Below are positions 16,142-24,123 of a stretch of DNA of 64,000 nucleotides, one piece after another (the first letter of the stretch is position 1; each line of letters opens with the position of its first letter). The translations under genes were made by a program, and so were the position numbers. This stretch comes from a virus (Duplodnaviria > Caudoviricetes). Under the pieces are notes generated by a model. That model searched no databases, had not been told where the DNA came from, and saw only the letters and a list, made by a program, of their open reading frames with translations. The DNA is taken from positions 1 to 64,000 of IMG/VR virus record IMGVR_UViG_3300005844_000001. One strand, 5' to 3'.

Positions 16142-16645
16142 TTATCCCAAGCTCGGAAAGCGGTCCCGCGTATAGAGCTCCGAGGGGAACTTCTTATTCA
16201 CTACGTCCATAAACGTCGCTTTCCCCGTTACTTGCAATGTGCTAATTCGGATATCTTTCAGGTAGAGAATCAGTGGCGGTATCATTTGCGGTCGTGACAA
16301 GTCGTCGCTCAAGAAAGGACGATAGACAACTTCCACCGGGACTTGCTCCGACTTGGCAGTCTCTACGAAGTCTTTCACGCGCCGGCCTACATTGTCGATG
16401 GAAATATTGAGGCTCTGGAATCCTTGGTCGTCGGTCGGCGGCAAAGTAAATTGGAATCCGACGGGCTCAAACTCGCGCACGTTTCCGTCTTCGTCCGTTG
16501 CCGTAATAGCTTGATGACTACGGACAATAAAAACAGAGTCCTGCACTCCAGGCTGGCGTATCTCCAACGTATCGTAAATCACTACGCTCGAAGGGCAGGA
16601 AGCGAAAGCTTCCTTGATGGCATCTTGTAGAGAAGTGTTAGGCAT
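16142..16645 (-). CDS. DUF1833 minor tail protein
   Basis: AIKEAFAS...TLEI...LNISIDNV...YRPFLSDDLSRPQ...RFPSL; position before NlpC/P60. Confidence 0.85.
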   Translation of the reverse strand: MPNTSLQDAIKEAFASCPSSVVIYDTLEIRQPGVQDSVFIVRSHQAITATDEDGNVREFEPVGFQFTLPPTDDQGFQSLNISIDNVGRRVKDFVETAKSEQVPVEVVYRPFLSDDLSRPQMIPPLILYLKDIRISTLQVTGKATFMDVVNKKFPSELYTRDRFPSLG

Positions 16646-16646
16646 G

Positions 16647-18353
16647 TTATGGAAGAGCTGAGAGGCGGAAGAAAGCATCCAAGTCCCCGTCAGCCGAAGT
16701 AGGGTCTACGGCTGCGTCCATCGCTTCGTCTACTGCCGCGTTGACAGCATCCGCTGTAGCGCCAGGTCCGCTGGTGTCGGGAGCTTCAATGATTATCGTC
16801 TCTCCGCCATACGTTATTTCCACCGTTCCGTTCATCGGTGGAATATCCCGCAAGACTAAAGCAGAACTGAAAATTGTATAACAGTATATCGTCGCCACTG
16901 ATTCATAAATCGTATAACCGCCTCCCCAGTCGTCGTAGGGCGTAGTGCCGTGGTCCGGCTCCGGAACGCCGGGAGTAGTCACCGAGCTGCCCCGTTTGTA
17001 GCTGCTAAGCGGCACGCAATTTCCAGCGTCTTTAGCCGCTTGCGCTATGGCGAGGAGCGGGGCGATAGAACCCGGATAGCCTAAAGTTTGGCACGAGTCT
17101 CCGGCGTAAGTTGTAGTTTCCACAACATGGTAGCCCAGCGGAGACCCATCAGCTACGGGGAAACGGTGGAAGTCCGGCCCGCGGCACCCGCCTACAGAAA
17201 CGGCGGCAGTCCCGAATATCATTCCGCTTTCTATCAAATCCCACGTCCGGTCCAGCGCGATAACGAGGGGCGGCGACATGCAACCGGTTCCGGTATCAAT
17301 CGCTGCCGCTCGGTAGACTCCAGAGAAGCTTTCTTCCGAAGGGTCTTGCGGCGTGGTCGGGCTGTCCGCGGTCGGAGTCGAGTTGTCGCTGGTGACTCTT
17401 AATTCCGTGCCGGGCGGCAAGTTAAAAGTCGGCGCTCCTACTCCCGACGCTTCGACGTTCATATCGTATCGCTCGCCAACCAACAAGTAACTCCCTTCGG
17501 GAACAAGCAACGGAGCGTCAGTATGAGTCAACAAGCCCGGCGTCCCGCGGGTAGATACTGAAGCCCCGCTAAAAGAAGCAACGGTCGGAGCAGCGATATC
17601 CGGAGTGGCTACGGCAACCGCATCGGAATCTAGGCTAGTGAAGTCCCCGACTACCCGGTGGGCCCTTATGTTCCGCCCGCCGTAATCGTTTTCCAAAGTA
17701 ACCGAATCGACCACCGCTAAATCTTCCGGCTCCAGCAGGAGGAGCGTTTCATAGATGCCCGAGCCGGGCGCCGTCTCCACTTCTATTTCCAAAGAATCCC
17801 CGGGACTCACGTCTCCCCACGCCAGCGTAAGCGTTCGGTTGCACTCGCCCATCGTTAAGTCCAGCACCGGAATAAAAGGAATGTGGCCCGTCCCCTCCCA
17901 AGGCAAGTCGGAGTCTGCTCCCACCCAAGGAGCAAAGCTGCCCGCCCAGAAACCGGGGTTGAGAATCAGCCTGGTGGATATATCGCTCGCCAGTACAGTC
18001 GCCGTTACTTCAAACTCGTTGTCCCGTCGGCTAAATAAATACTGGCTGTCGAGGAACGCATACTCGCGGATTACTTCTGTCAGCAAGCCGGGGTTGACGT
18101 TCGGTGTATACGTAGTGGCCTCAAAGGGTAGCGAGCCGTTTTCCAAATCCGTGTGGACATACTCTTCGAAGATTTCAAACTGGTCCAAGATAAACGTCCA
18201 AGTGACGTCAATCGTCTCTAGCGGGACCAGATATTTGCGACGGTTGCGGAGCCGGCCGGTCTCCATCTGCACGGCTTCAGAGCGCGGAGCAAACTTGGGC
18301 TGCCTGTTAATCCGGAAAACAGGCAGCGTCGAAGGCCAAACAGAAACGCTCAT
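16647..18353 (-). CDS. Distal-tail-like protein with long C-terminal extension
   Basis: N-terminal WPSTLP...METGRLRNRR...FEEY...LENG resembles ORF 26695..27183. Confidence 0.65.
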   Translation of the reverse strand: MSVSVWPSTLPVFRINRQPKFAPRSEAVQMETGRLRNRRKYLVPLETIDVTWTFILDQFEIFEEYVHTDLENGSLPFEATTYTPNVNPGLLTEVIREYAFLDSQYLFSRRDNEFEVTATVLASDISTRLILNPGFWAGSFAPWVGADSDLPWEGTGHIPFIPVLDLTMGECNRTLTLAWGDVSPGDSLEIEVETAPGSGIYETLLLLEPEDLAVVDSVTLENDYGGRNIRAHRVVGDFTSLDSDAVAVATPDIAAPTVASFSGASVSTRGTPGLLTHTDAPLLVPEGSYLLVGERYDMNVEASGVGAPTFNLPPGTELRVTSDNSTPTADSPTTPQDPSEESFSGVYRAAAIDTGTGCMSPPLVIALDRTWDLIESGMIFGTAAVSVGGCRGPDFHRFPVADGSPLGYHVVETTTYAGDSCQTLGYPGSIAPLLAIAQAAKDAGNCVPLSSYKRGSSVTTPGVPEPDHGTTPYDDWGGGYTIYESVATIYCYTIFSSALVLRDIPPMNGTVEITYGGETIIIEAPDTSGPGATADAVNAAVDEAMDAAVDPTSADGDLDAFFRLSALP

Positions 18354-18387
18354 TCCACGAATCTAAATCATCTGATTGACGATACAA
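18351..18387 (-). promoter_or_regulatory. sigma70-like leaderless promoter
   Basis: TTGTAT-N16-TAGATT-N6-ATG. Confidence 0.5.
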
Positions 18388-18395
18388 GCAAGAAA

Positions 18396-19019
18396 CTAGG
18401 CAGCCTTCTTTCTCTTGTCGGCCATCTGCGTGGCGTGCGCTGCCCACCATGCCGCCGCTACCAGCTTGCGAGCCGCGCGAGTGCGGATAAGGTAGTCAGT
18501 CCGATGCTGACGCTTTAGTTCGGGAGTAAGGCGATACCGGCCGACTCGTCGTTGAGCAAGACAAAGAGCGGAGCAAGTCGTTCGGCCTTTAGTGCACTGA
18601 TTGCCGCATACGACGCACAAGCGCAGCTTTACAATGCGCTTAGCTCGTGGAGTCTCTGTAATCCGTTCGGCCTTGAGCTTGGGCGCGACGGAAGGTAGCT
18701 TCGGCGCTGGCTCTTCGTATTTGCGTTCCGGACGGAGATAGGACTTGGGCGTAAGCAAATGAGCTACTCGGTCGAAAGCCGCGTTGAGATTCTGCGCTTG
18801 TTCTATATTGCCGCCCTTGTCGGGATGGTCAGTCTTTATCCGGCTCCACCAAACCGAACGGCAATCGCGCAGCACCCAACTTCTTTCTTCCGCGTCCAGG
18901 CGGGAAAGCTCCAAACGGTTTCGCTTTATACCGAATAGAGCGAGCAACGAAACCAACGTCATCCGGTCGATAGTAGACTTCGGCCGGATAGCTAAGCGCC
19001 GGGGAGCAGTAAGCGTCAC
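18396..19019 (-). CDS. J-domain-like protein with C-terminal zinc finger
   Basis: KTDHPDKGGNIEQAQNLNAAFD (HPD motif); CVVC...TCSALC. Confidence 0.7.
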   Translation of the reverse strand: MTLTAPRRLAIRPKSTIDRMTLVSLLALFGIKRNRLELSRLDAEERSWVLRDCRSVWWSRIKTDHPDKGGNIEQAQNLNAAFDRVAHLLTPKSYLRPERKYEEPAPKLPSVAPKLKAERITETPRAKRIVKLRLCVVCGNQCTKGRTTCSALCLAQRRVGRYRLTPELKRQHRTDYLIRTRAARKLVAAAWWAAHATQMADKRKKAA

Positions 19020-20695
19020 AGCTTTTGCGTCTCTACAATCAGAGACTTGATAAAGCCTAACGTCTGCTTGGTTTGCGGGTCCGTTGTTGCGTTCTGGGCT
19101 GCGGTAATTTGAGCGCTGAGCACTTCCAGCGGAGTCTGCGTATTCGGCACAGGCGGAGGCGGAGGAGGCGGAAGCGGAGCAGCGGCAGTTCGTATCAAAA
19201 CAAAAGCGCCAAAGTCGGGGAACGTGCTGGGCACAGGCGTAGCCGCGGCACCGTAAGGAATCGAAGTCGGATGCCCAAACATATTGAGAGCTATCGTTCC
19301 GTCAGCTTGCACCGTAGCCGAGCTCACGTCTGAGTAATAGTTCTGGGCGTTACGGATATTCACAACGGTTCCGGGGAGCCAGCCGAGCGAAGCTACGTTG
19401 ACAGCTAGCGCTGAAGCTTTGCTCCAGTTGTAAATACAAACATGGGCTCGATTAGCGTCATAAGCATTATTCTGCACGACGATTTTGGGGCTTGTTGGAG
19501 CAGCGCCCACCGTCGAATTCAAATCGTAGCCCGTCTTCGTGCGCCAGGCAGCTAGCGACACCGAACCAGAGCCCATATCGAACACGGGTGCAGTGGGCGA
19601 AGAGAAGACGTAATTATTCCGGTCAAAGCTCCAGGGGATTACTACGCCGTTATTGAGAACAAGCGATACGTTCCCGTAAGTAACGTCTGCTTCGTCAATC
19701 AGAGTGTTGCCGGTAAAAGTAAGAGTTTTCCAGCTACCCAACCCTACTTTGCATTTTACCAAGTAGTTGTTCGTCACCACCAGGTCTCGATAGGCGTTGG
19801 GGTCGGGCTGATAAACGGTATTAAGGTCTGCTCCGTAAAAGCAGTTGTTGGTAATTTGGTTATCGACGACACGGTCAGCCACCCCGCCAGTGCGAGTCCC
19901 AATAAGGACTTCTCCGCGCTGGCCTTGCAGTCCCACGGCAAAGTTTTCATCGAAGCGGAAGTGCGAGCATTCGGCGATAGAGCTTCCATACATTTGAGCG
20001 TTCCGGTCGAAAGGAGAAACGAGCAAGTTGCGCTTGATTATTTTATAGCCGGACCACGTAGCTCCGTGCTGGAGATACAAATTGTGCCCGTGCTGGTGCG
20101 TGCTTCCCTGCCAGCCGTTATTGTAAATCAAACACCCGTAAATTTCAGCTTGCTTGCTCTGCGTCCAGGCGGAGATTCCCGTGCTCAAGTCGTGCACGAC
20201 GCAGTTCAGGATTTTTACCCCGCTGCCGTAGATGTTAATTCCGTCGCTGCGGGTAAGGTCGAGTGGGAAACTCGTATCGTCGGTGGACTGCCGTTTCTCC
20301 AAAGAGCTGGAGAATACTTCCAAGTCTTGCAGCGTGACAAAGTTCCCCAGGCTGGCGTCGCTCGGGTCTCCGACCTTAATAGTCGGCCGCGCCATAGCGT
20401 GATAGCTAAGAGCTCCGCCGCTAAACGCTCCGCCGTCTATCCGAGCCTGTTCGCCCGGATAGCCGCGGAACGTGATGGGAGCGCCGGAAGAGCCGGACAC
20501 ACTGACGCGGAAAATATAACCCTCGTAATTCAAAGCGACGGCTTGCGGCGTATGAACGTAGACTCCGCCCCGCAACCAAACCAAATCCCCGGGCTGAACC
20601 AGCGGGCTATCGAAAGCCGTCTGCAAGTCCAGCGGGGAACTTATCAAGCCAGAGCCATTGGGAGAGCCATTCGGAGAAACGTAGAGGGTTTTCAT
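19016..20695 (-). CDS. Right-handed beta-helix (pectin-lyase-like) protein, putative depolymerase
   Basis: LYVSPNG...QPGDLVWLRGGVY start, Asn-rich beta-helix repeats, poly-Pro linker near the C-terminus. Confidence 0.8.
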   Translation of the reverse strand: MKTLYVSPNGSPNGSGLISSPLDLQTAFDSPLVQPGDLVWLRGGVYVHTPQAVALNYEGYIFRVSVSGSSGAPITFRGYPGEQARIDGGAFSGGALSYHAMARPTIKVGDPSDASLGNFVTLQDLEVFSSSLEKRQSTDDTSFPLDLTRSDGINIYGSGVKILNCVVHDLSTGISAWTQSKQAEIYGCLIYNNGWQGSTHQHGHNLYLQHGATWSGYKIIKRNLLVSPFDRNAQMYGSSIAECSHFRFDENFAVGLQGQRGEVLIGTRTGGVADRVVDNQITNNCFYGADLNTVYQPDPNAYRDLVVTNNYLVKCKVGLGSWKTLTFTGNTLIDEADVTYGNVSLVLNNGVVIPWSFDRNNYVFSSPTAPVFDMGSGSVSLAAWRTKTGYDLNSTVGAAPTSPKIVVQNNAYDANRAHVCIYNWSKASALAVNVASLGWLPGTVVNIRNAQNYYSDVSSATVQADGTIALNMFGHPTSIPYGAAATPVPSTFPDFGAFVLIRTAAAPLPPPPPPPVPNTQTPLEVLSAQITAAQNATTDPQTKQTLGFIKSLIVETQKL

Positions 20696-20703
20696 TTAGA
20701 GGA

Positions 20704-20734
20704 CTGGCCGGGAGTCTTTCAGTATCCCGGCCAG
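20704..20734. terminator. GC-rich hairpin in intergenic gap
   Basis: CTGGCCGGGA...TCCCGGCCAG inverted repeat; no clear U-tract. Confidence 0.4.
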
Positions 20735-20799
20735 CATAACCTGCGGCGGAATTAGCATTTAATCTTTTTCATTTTGGTGCGCCACAGGGTGGAGGAGGG

Positions 20800-20988
20800 T
20801 TATGAAATAATACCACGCTGAGCGTCAGTCTTCGCGTATTCCTGTTCCCAAATACCTTTGACGCGATTGCGCTCAGCTTGAGCTTCTTCAGCTGTCATCT
20901 CGCCCTTTGCTTCTGCACTCTTGGTAATCGATATCCACAACTGAACCAAGTGAGTAATGGCAGAGATTATCCATTCATAGTTTTTCAT
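20800..20988 (-). CDS. Small hypothetical protein
   Basis: 62 aa ORF coupled to the upstream lipoprotein. Confidence 0.6.
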   Translation of the reverse strand: MKNYEWIISAITHLVQLWISITKSAEAKGEMTAEEAQAERNRVKGIWEQEYAKTDAQRGIIS

Positions 20989-20989
20989 A

Positions 20990-21466
20990 TTATTTCTTTT
21001 CGTTGGTTTGATAACTCAGCGCAGACGCGATGGCGCTTTGCAGCACCGCGAGGATTTGCTGCAGGTTAGTTTTAGCTTCCGGAGCGCCCCGATTGCTTTG
21101 GTAAGCGACTTTCGCCTTGTCGAGGTCGTTAATCCAAGTCTCGCCGTGAGCGCGGACTTCTTCAGCGAGCTTGTGGATAGCTGGCGACTTAGCGGCGAGC
21201 GTGGCTTCATTGTTACGTTCAAACTCCATAAACGATTTGAACGTATCGGCGGCCACTTTCCCCGTTTTCTCGGCGGCCACGACAAGCTTGTCAGCTTGAG
21301 CTTGAGTATCGTAGACGCCAGTACTCGGGTTGTAAGTCCCCGTCTGCGTGCCAGCGCAGCCCGAGCAACCGACAAGGACCGCCGCCAAAGGCGGCATAAG
21401 AAGGAGAGAAGGAGTTGCGAGTGCGAGGGTCCCGGCCAGCATTAGTGAACTTAGAAGTTTCTTCAT
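20990..21466 (-). CDS. Putative lipoprotein
   Basis: MKK plus hydrophobic stretch and LVGC lipobox; helical body. Confidence 0.7.
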   Translation of the reverse strand: MKKLLSSLMLAGTLALATPSLLLMPPLAAVLVGCSGCAGTQTGTYNPSTGVYDTQAQADKLVVAAEKTGKVAADTFKSFMEFERNNEATLAAKSPAIHKLAEEVRAHGETWINDLDKAKVAYQSNRGAPEAKTNLQQILAVLQSAIASALSYQTNEKK

Positions 21467-21501
21467 ATTGACATAGTAAGTTCCTTATCGACTAGAGACA
21501 A
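21464..21501 (-). promoter_or_regulatory. sigma70-like leaderless promoter
   Basis: TTGTCT-N17-TACTAT-N6-ATG. Confidence 0.6.
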
Positions 21502-21504
21502 GCT

Positions 21505-21545
21505 AATAAAAAACCCGCCCAGAAGGGCCACTTCCAGACGGGTTT
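21505..21545 (-). terminator. Intrinsic terminator
   Basis: AAACCCGTCTGGAAG/CTTCTGGGCGGGTTT stem followed by T-run. Confidence 0.75.
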
Positions 21546-21726
21546 GAACACCCAGACTTTCAGAGCTGTTTTTTTCTAGTGGCTGGCAGCTCTGTTTGAC
21601 CAGTCACTAATTTTGAAGCTCTATCGATACGCGGCGGCAGAAGGCGGTCGAGTTTATCCAAAATCTTCCTTACGTCCCTAGCTAGCTGGTCGATTGCGTC
21701 CAGCATCCGTTGTTCTTCGTTAGCGG

Positions 21727-22233
21727 TCACGGTTCGAGGAGCCGGAGGAACAGCTGGTTGGAGTTTGTGGGGAAGCACTCGGCCCACTGATAATAAGTAG
21801 AGTTGTTAAGCACTTGCCCATCTACCCACGCCACTAAGTCGGTACTCCGTTGCACTCGCCACACGGCCAGCGGGTCGGCGTTAGTTACCATAACTGAAAT
21901 GCAGCCGTTGGTCATCGGCTCCAGCACAAGCGCCGTCGGGTCGAAGCGGTGGGCAGTAACCGTAATCACCCCGCTCCCTCCGGTGTAGGGGACGCTGATA
22001 GACGTAGGGGTGATAGTGAATACGCAGTTAGTCGGTAGAGCAGCTGAGCGGAAAGTACGCGTCGGAATCGCTGGAGCTTGAGCTACCTGAATTGGAATAG
22101 CATAAAGCGGAGTATGCGTAGCCGCCAGCATCTCCCGCACCGGCCGAGCCGGAATCCGTAGCTGCGCGACGGCTTCAAGTATAAACGCAAAGCAGATTAT
22201 TATTCCGGCCAGTCGAAGTAGGTTATTTTTCAT
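21727..22233 (-). CDS. Secreted protein with BACON-like fragment and Verrucomicrobia-type C-terminal domain
   Basis: Signal peptide; CVFTITPTSISVPYTGGSGVITVTA; WRVQRSTDLVAW...LFLRL. Confidence 0.65.
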   Translation of the reverse strand: MKNNLLRLAGIIICFAFILEAVAQLRIPARPVREMLAATHTPLYAIPIQVAQAPAIPTRTFRSAALPTNCVFTITPTSISVPYTGGSGVITVTAHRFDPTALVLEPMTNGCISVMVTNADPLAVWRVQRSTDLVAWVDGQVLNNSTYYQWAECFPTNSNQLFLRLLEP

Positions 22234-22622
22234 TTTGTATTTGTATGCACCCAAAAATCCACGATGTGTTTGACGGACTTGCTGAACTGAGTAAAGTCAA
22301 TGGACTTGATTACATAGGCATTAGTTCCGGCCCGATAGCAGTTTTCAATATCCAAGGGACTACTGGACGAAGAAAATACCACTATCGGCAAGCTGTAATA
22401 ATCCGAGTTAGCGCGAAGAGCCTTGACCAGCTCCAGCCCGCTTAATTGCGGGAGGTGCAAATCGATAATCACAACCGAAGGCAAATTAGAGCACTCGCGC
22501 AAGTAACTCACTGCTTGGGGACCGTCGATAACAAATGTAATTCGCTCTTTGTGCTCCCACTGGGACAAGATAGATTGGATTAAAAGCCGGTCTCTCGTAT
22601 TGTCTTCTACGAATAAAATCAT
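22230..22622 (-). CDS. Stand-alone response-regulator receiver (Rcp1-like CheY family)
   Basis: ILFVEDN, IIDLHLPQLSGLEL, PIVVFSSS, GTNAYVIK. Confidence 0.92.
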   Translation of the reverse strand: MILFVEDNTRDRLLIQSILSQWEHKERITFVIDGPQAVSYLRECSNLPSVVIIDLHLPQLSGLELVKALRANSDYYSLPIVVFSSSSSPLDIENCYRAGTNAYVIKSIDFTQFSKSVKHIVDFWVHTNTK

Positions 22623-23200
22623 GAAACAATACCTTGTTTTAATGCTCTCTCCCTAACTATTCTGACCCGCTCATCCGCCCGAGCTTGAGCTTCCATGTGG
22701 TCCAAGTAGTCTTTCTCCGCTGCCCGTGCGTTAGCTGCGTCTTCCGGAGTAGCCCCAGGACGTTGAAGAATAGCTAAAGCAAATTCCCAAGTCTTCTTCT
22801 TCTGAGCGCCCATCTTCGAATTCACATCTACGTGAATCTCTTCCATTTTGATTTGCTGGGCTACTGTTGCCTTAGTGAGCGAGTCTTTTACTTCTTTTGC
22901 AGCCCGAGCTGTCTCCAAGTTTTGTGCTTCCAGCTTGTCGCTCAATTCGCGGGACCGCTTTTCCAATTGCTGCTCGACCTGCTTCGCCACTTCTACTTGA
23001 GCGAGCCTCTGCTTCTCTAATTTCTCCGCCGTCTGCAAGCGAGCGAGCTCGGCAGCTTCAGCCACTCGTTTGGCTTTGTCCGCTTCCACCTTTTGTATTA
23101 CAATGGAAATGATAATAGCTATCGGCGTGGCTATAGCTCCCCACTCTTTTATCTGTTCCACGAACGTGCCGCCGGCAGCAAATAAAATTAACTCGTTCAT
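22619..23200 (-). CDS. Membrane-anchored coiled-coil protein (holin/i-spanin-like)
   Basis: Single N-terminal TM (IATPIAIIISIVI) followed by coiled coil. Confidence 0.55.
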   Translation of the reverse strand: MNELILFAAGGTFVEQIKEWGAIATPIAIIISIVIQKVEADKAKRVAEAAELARLQTAEKLEKQRLAQVEVAKQVEQQLEKRSRELSDKLEAQNLETARAAKEVKDSLTKATVAQQIKMEEIHVDVNSKMGAQKKKTWEFALAILQRPGATPEDAANARAAEKDYLDHMEAQARADERVRIVRERALKQGIVS

Positions 23201-23203
23201 TTT

Positions 23204-23398
23204 TCAAAACGGTGGCGAAGAATTCCGGCCGAGTTCCAACAGGAGCTCATGTTCAATCCGGAGCCGCGCCAGCTCGTATCTTAGCTGGGCTACTTCGTTT
23301 GGGCAAGACATAGGCCAGCGTTCCTTCGGCAAGTCCAGCTTGTCGGTGGGCGCTGTCGTGCAGGCCGTGAGCAGCAAAAGGAAAAGGAAAAGTTTCAT
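23204..23398 (-). CDS. Small lipoprotein (o-spanin-like)
   Basis: MKLFLFLLLLTAC lipobox; Pro-containing body. Confidence 0.55.
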   Translation of the reverse strand: MKLFLFLLLLTACTTAPTDKLDLPKERWPMSCPNEVAQLRYELARLRIEHELLLELGRNSSPPF

Positions 23399-24123
23399 TA
23401 AGGCAGTCCCCACTTGGCTTTCAAATAATTGGTATAGAGGTTGTCTACTTCAGCGTCTGTGCGGTAAGCAGTATAAATAATCGCTTCGGCAATATCGCCG
23501 GCAAGCATAGAGAACACTGGGTTAGTGATACCCATACGGTCCAAGGTGAACGTCAGCGAAGTAGCAGTCGGCGTCCCAGTTCGATTAGTTATATTCTCCC
23601 GAAACTTTAGAGCAGTTCCGGTCCGACGCCATCCCATCGCGTGAACCGAACCGTGTGCTGTACTGAACGTCTGGCTTTGCTGGTCACTAGAACCATCGTA
23701 AATACTAATGTTCTCCACGCCGGAACGCCACCGTCGGAATTGCTGGTTAGCCGCGCTATTGCCGAAGAGAATAGAATCATTGGTTACCAACCCGACTACG
23801 ATAATAGTAAAGTCGCCTGTTAGTGAAATCGTTGAGGTAAAACTTAGCTTGTCATTGTTCGGGCTCGATGCTCCATCAAAGCGCACAATTTTTCTACCAT
23901 TGATGATGTTAGTTTTAACTTGAGGCTGATTCCCGGCAGTCGCCTGGACTAAATGATTGTTATTCCCACTGCGGTCCGTCCACTTAGCGCTGGCGTTATC
24001 GATTGGAGTTGCGTCGGCGTAAGTAAGATAGTCCGCGTCCCACCAGCCAGCAAGATTGCCGTAATCTGTCGGGGCAACTACCGTCACACTCGGCGCCAAA
24101 AAAGGTAAAGTAGAAAAGTTCAA
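23398..24123 (-). CDS. LamG/ConA-like tail-associated protein
   Basis: LAGWWDA...WTDRSGNNNHLVQ...VRFDG...GDIAEAIIY...YLKAKW. Confidence 0.8.
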   Translation of the reverse strand: MNFSTLPFLAPSVTVVAPTDYGNLAGWWDADYLTYADATPIDNASAKWTDRSGNNNHLVQATAGNQPQVKTNIINGRKIVRFDGASSPNNDKLSFTSTISLTGDFTIIVVGLVTNDSILFGNSAANQQFRRWRSGVENISIYDGSSDQQSQTFSTAHGSVHAMGWRRTGTALKFRENITNRTGTPTATSLTFTLDRMGITNPVFSMLAGDIAEAIIYTAYRTDAEVDNLYTNYLKAKWGLP

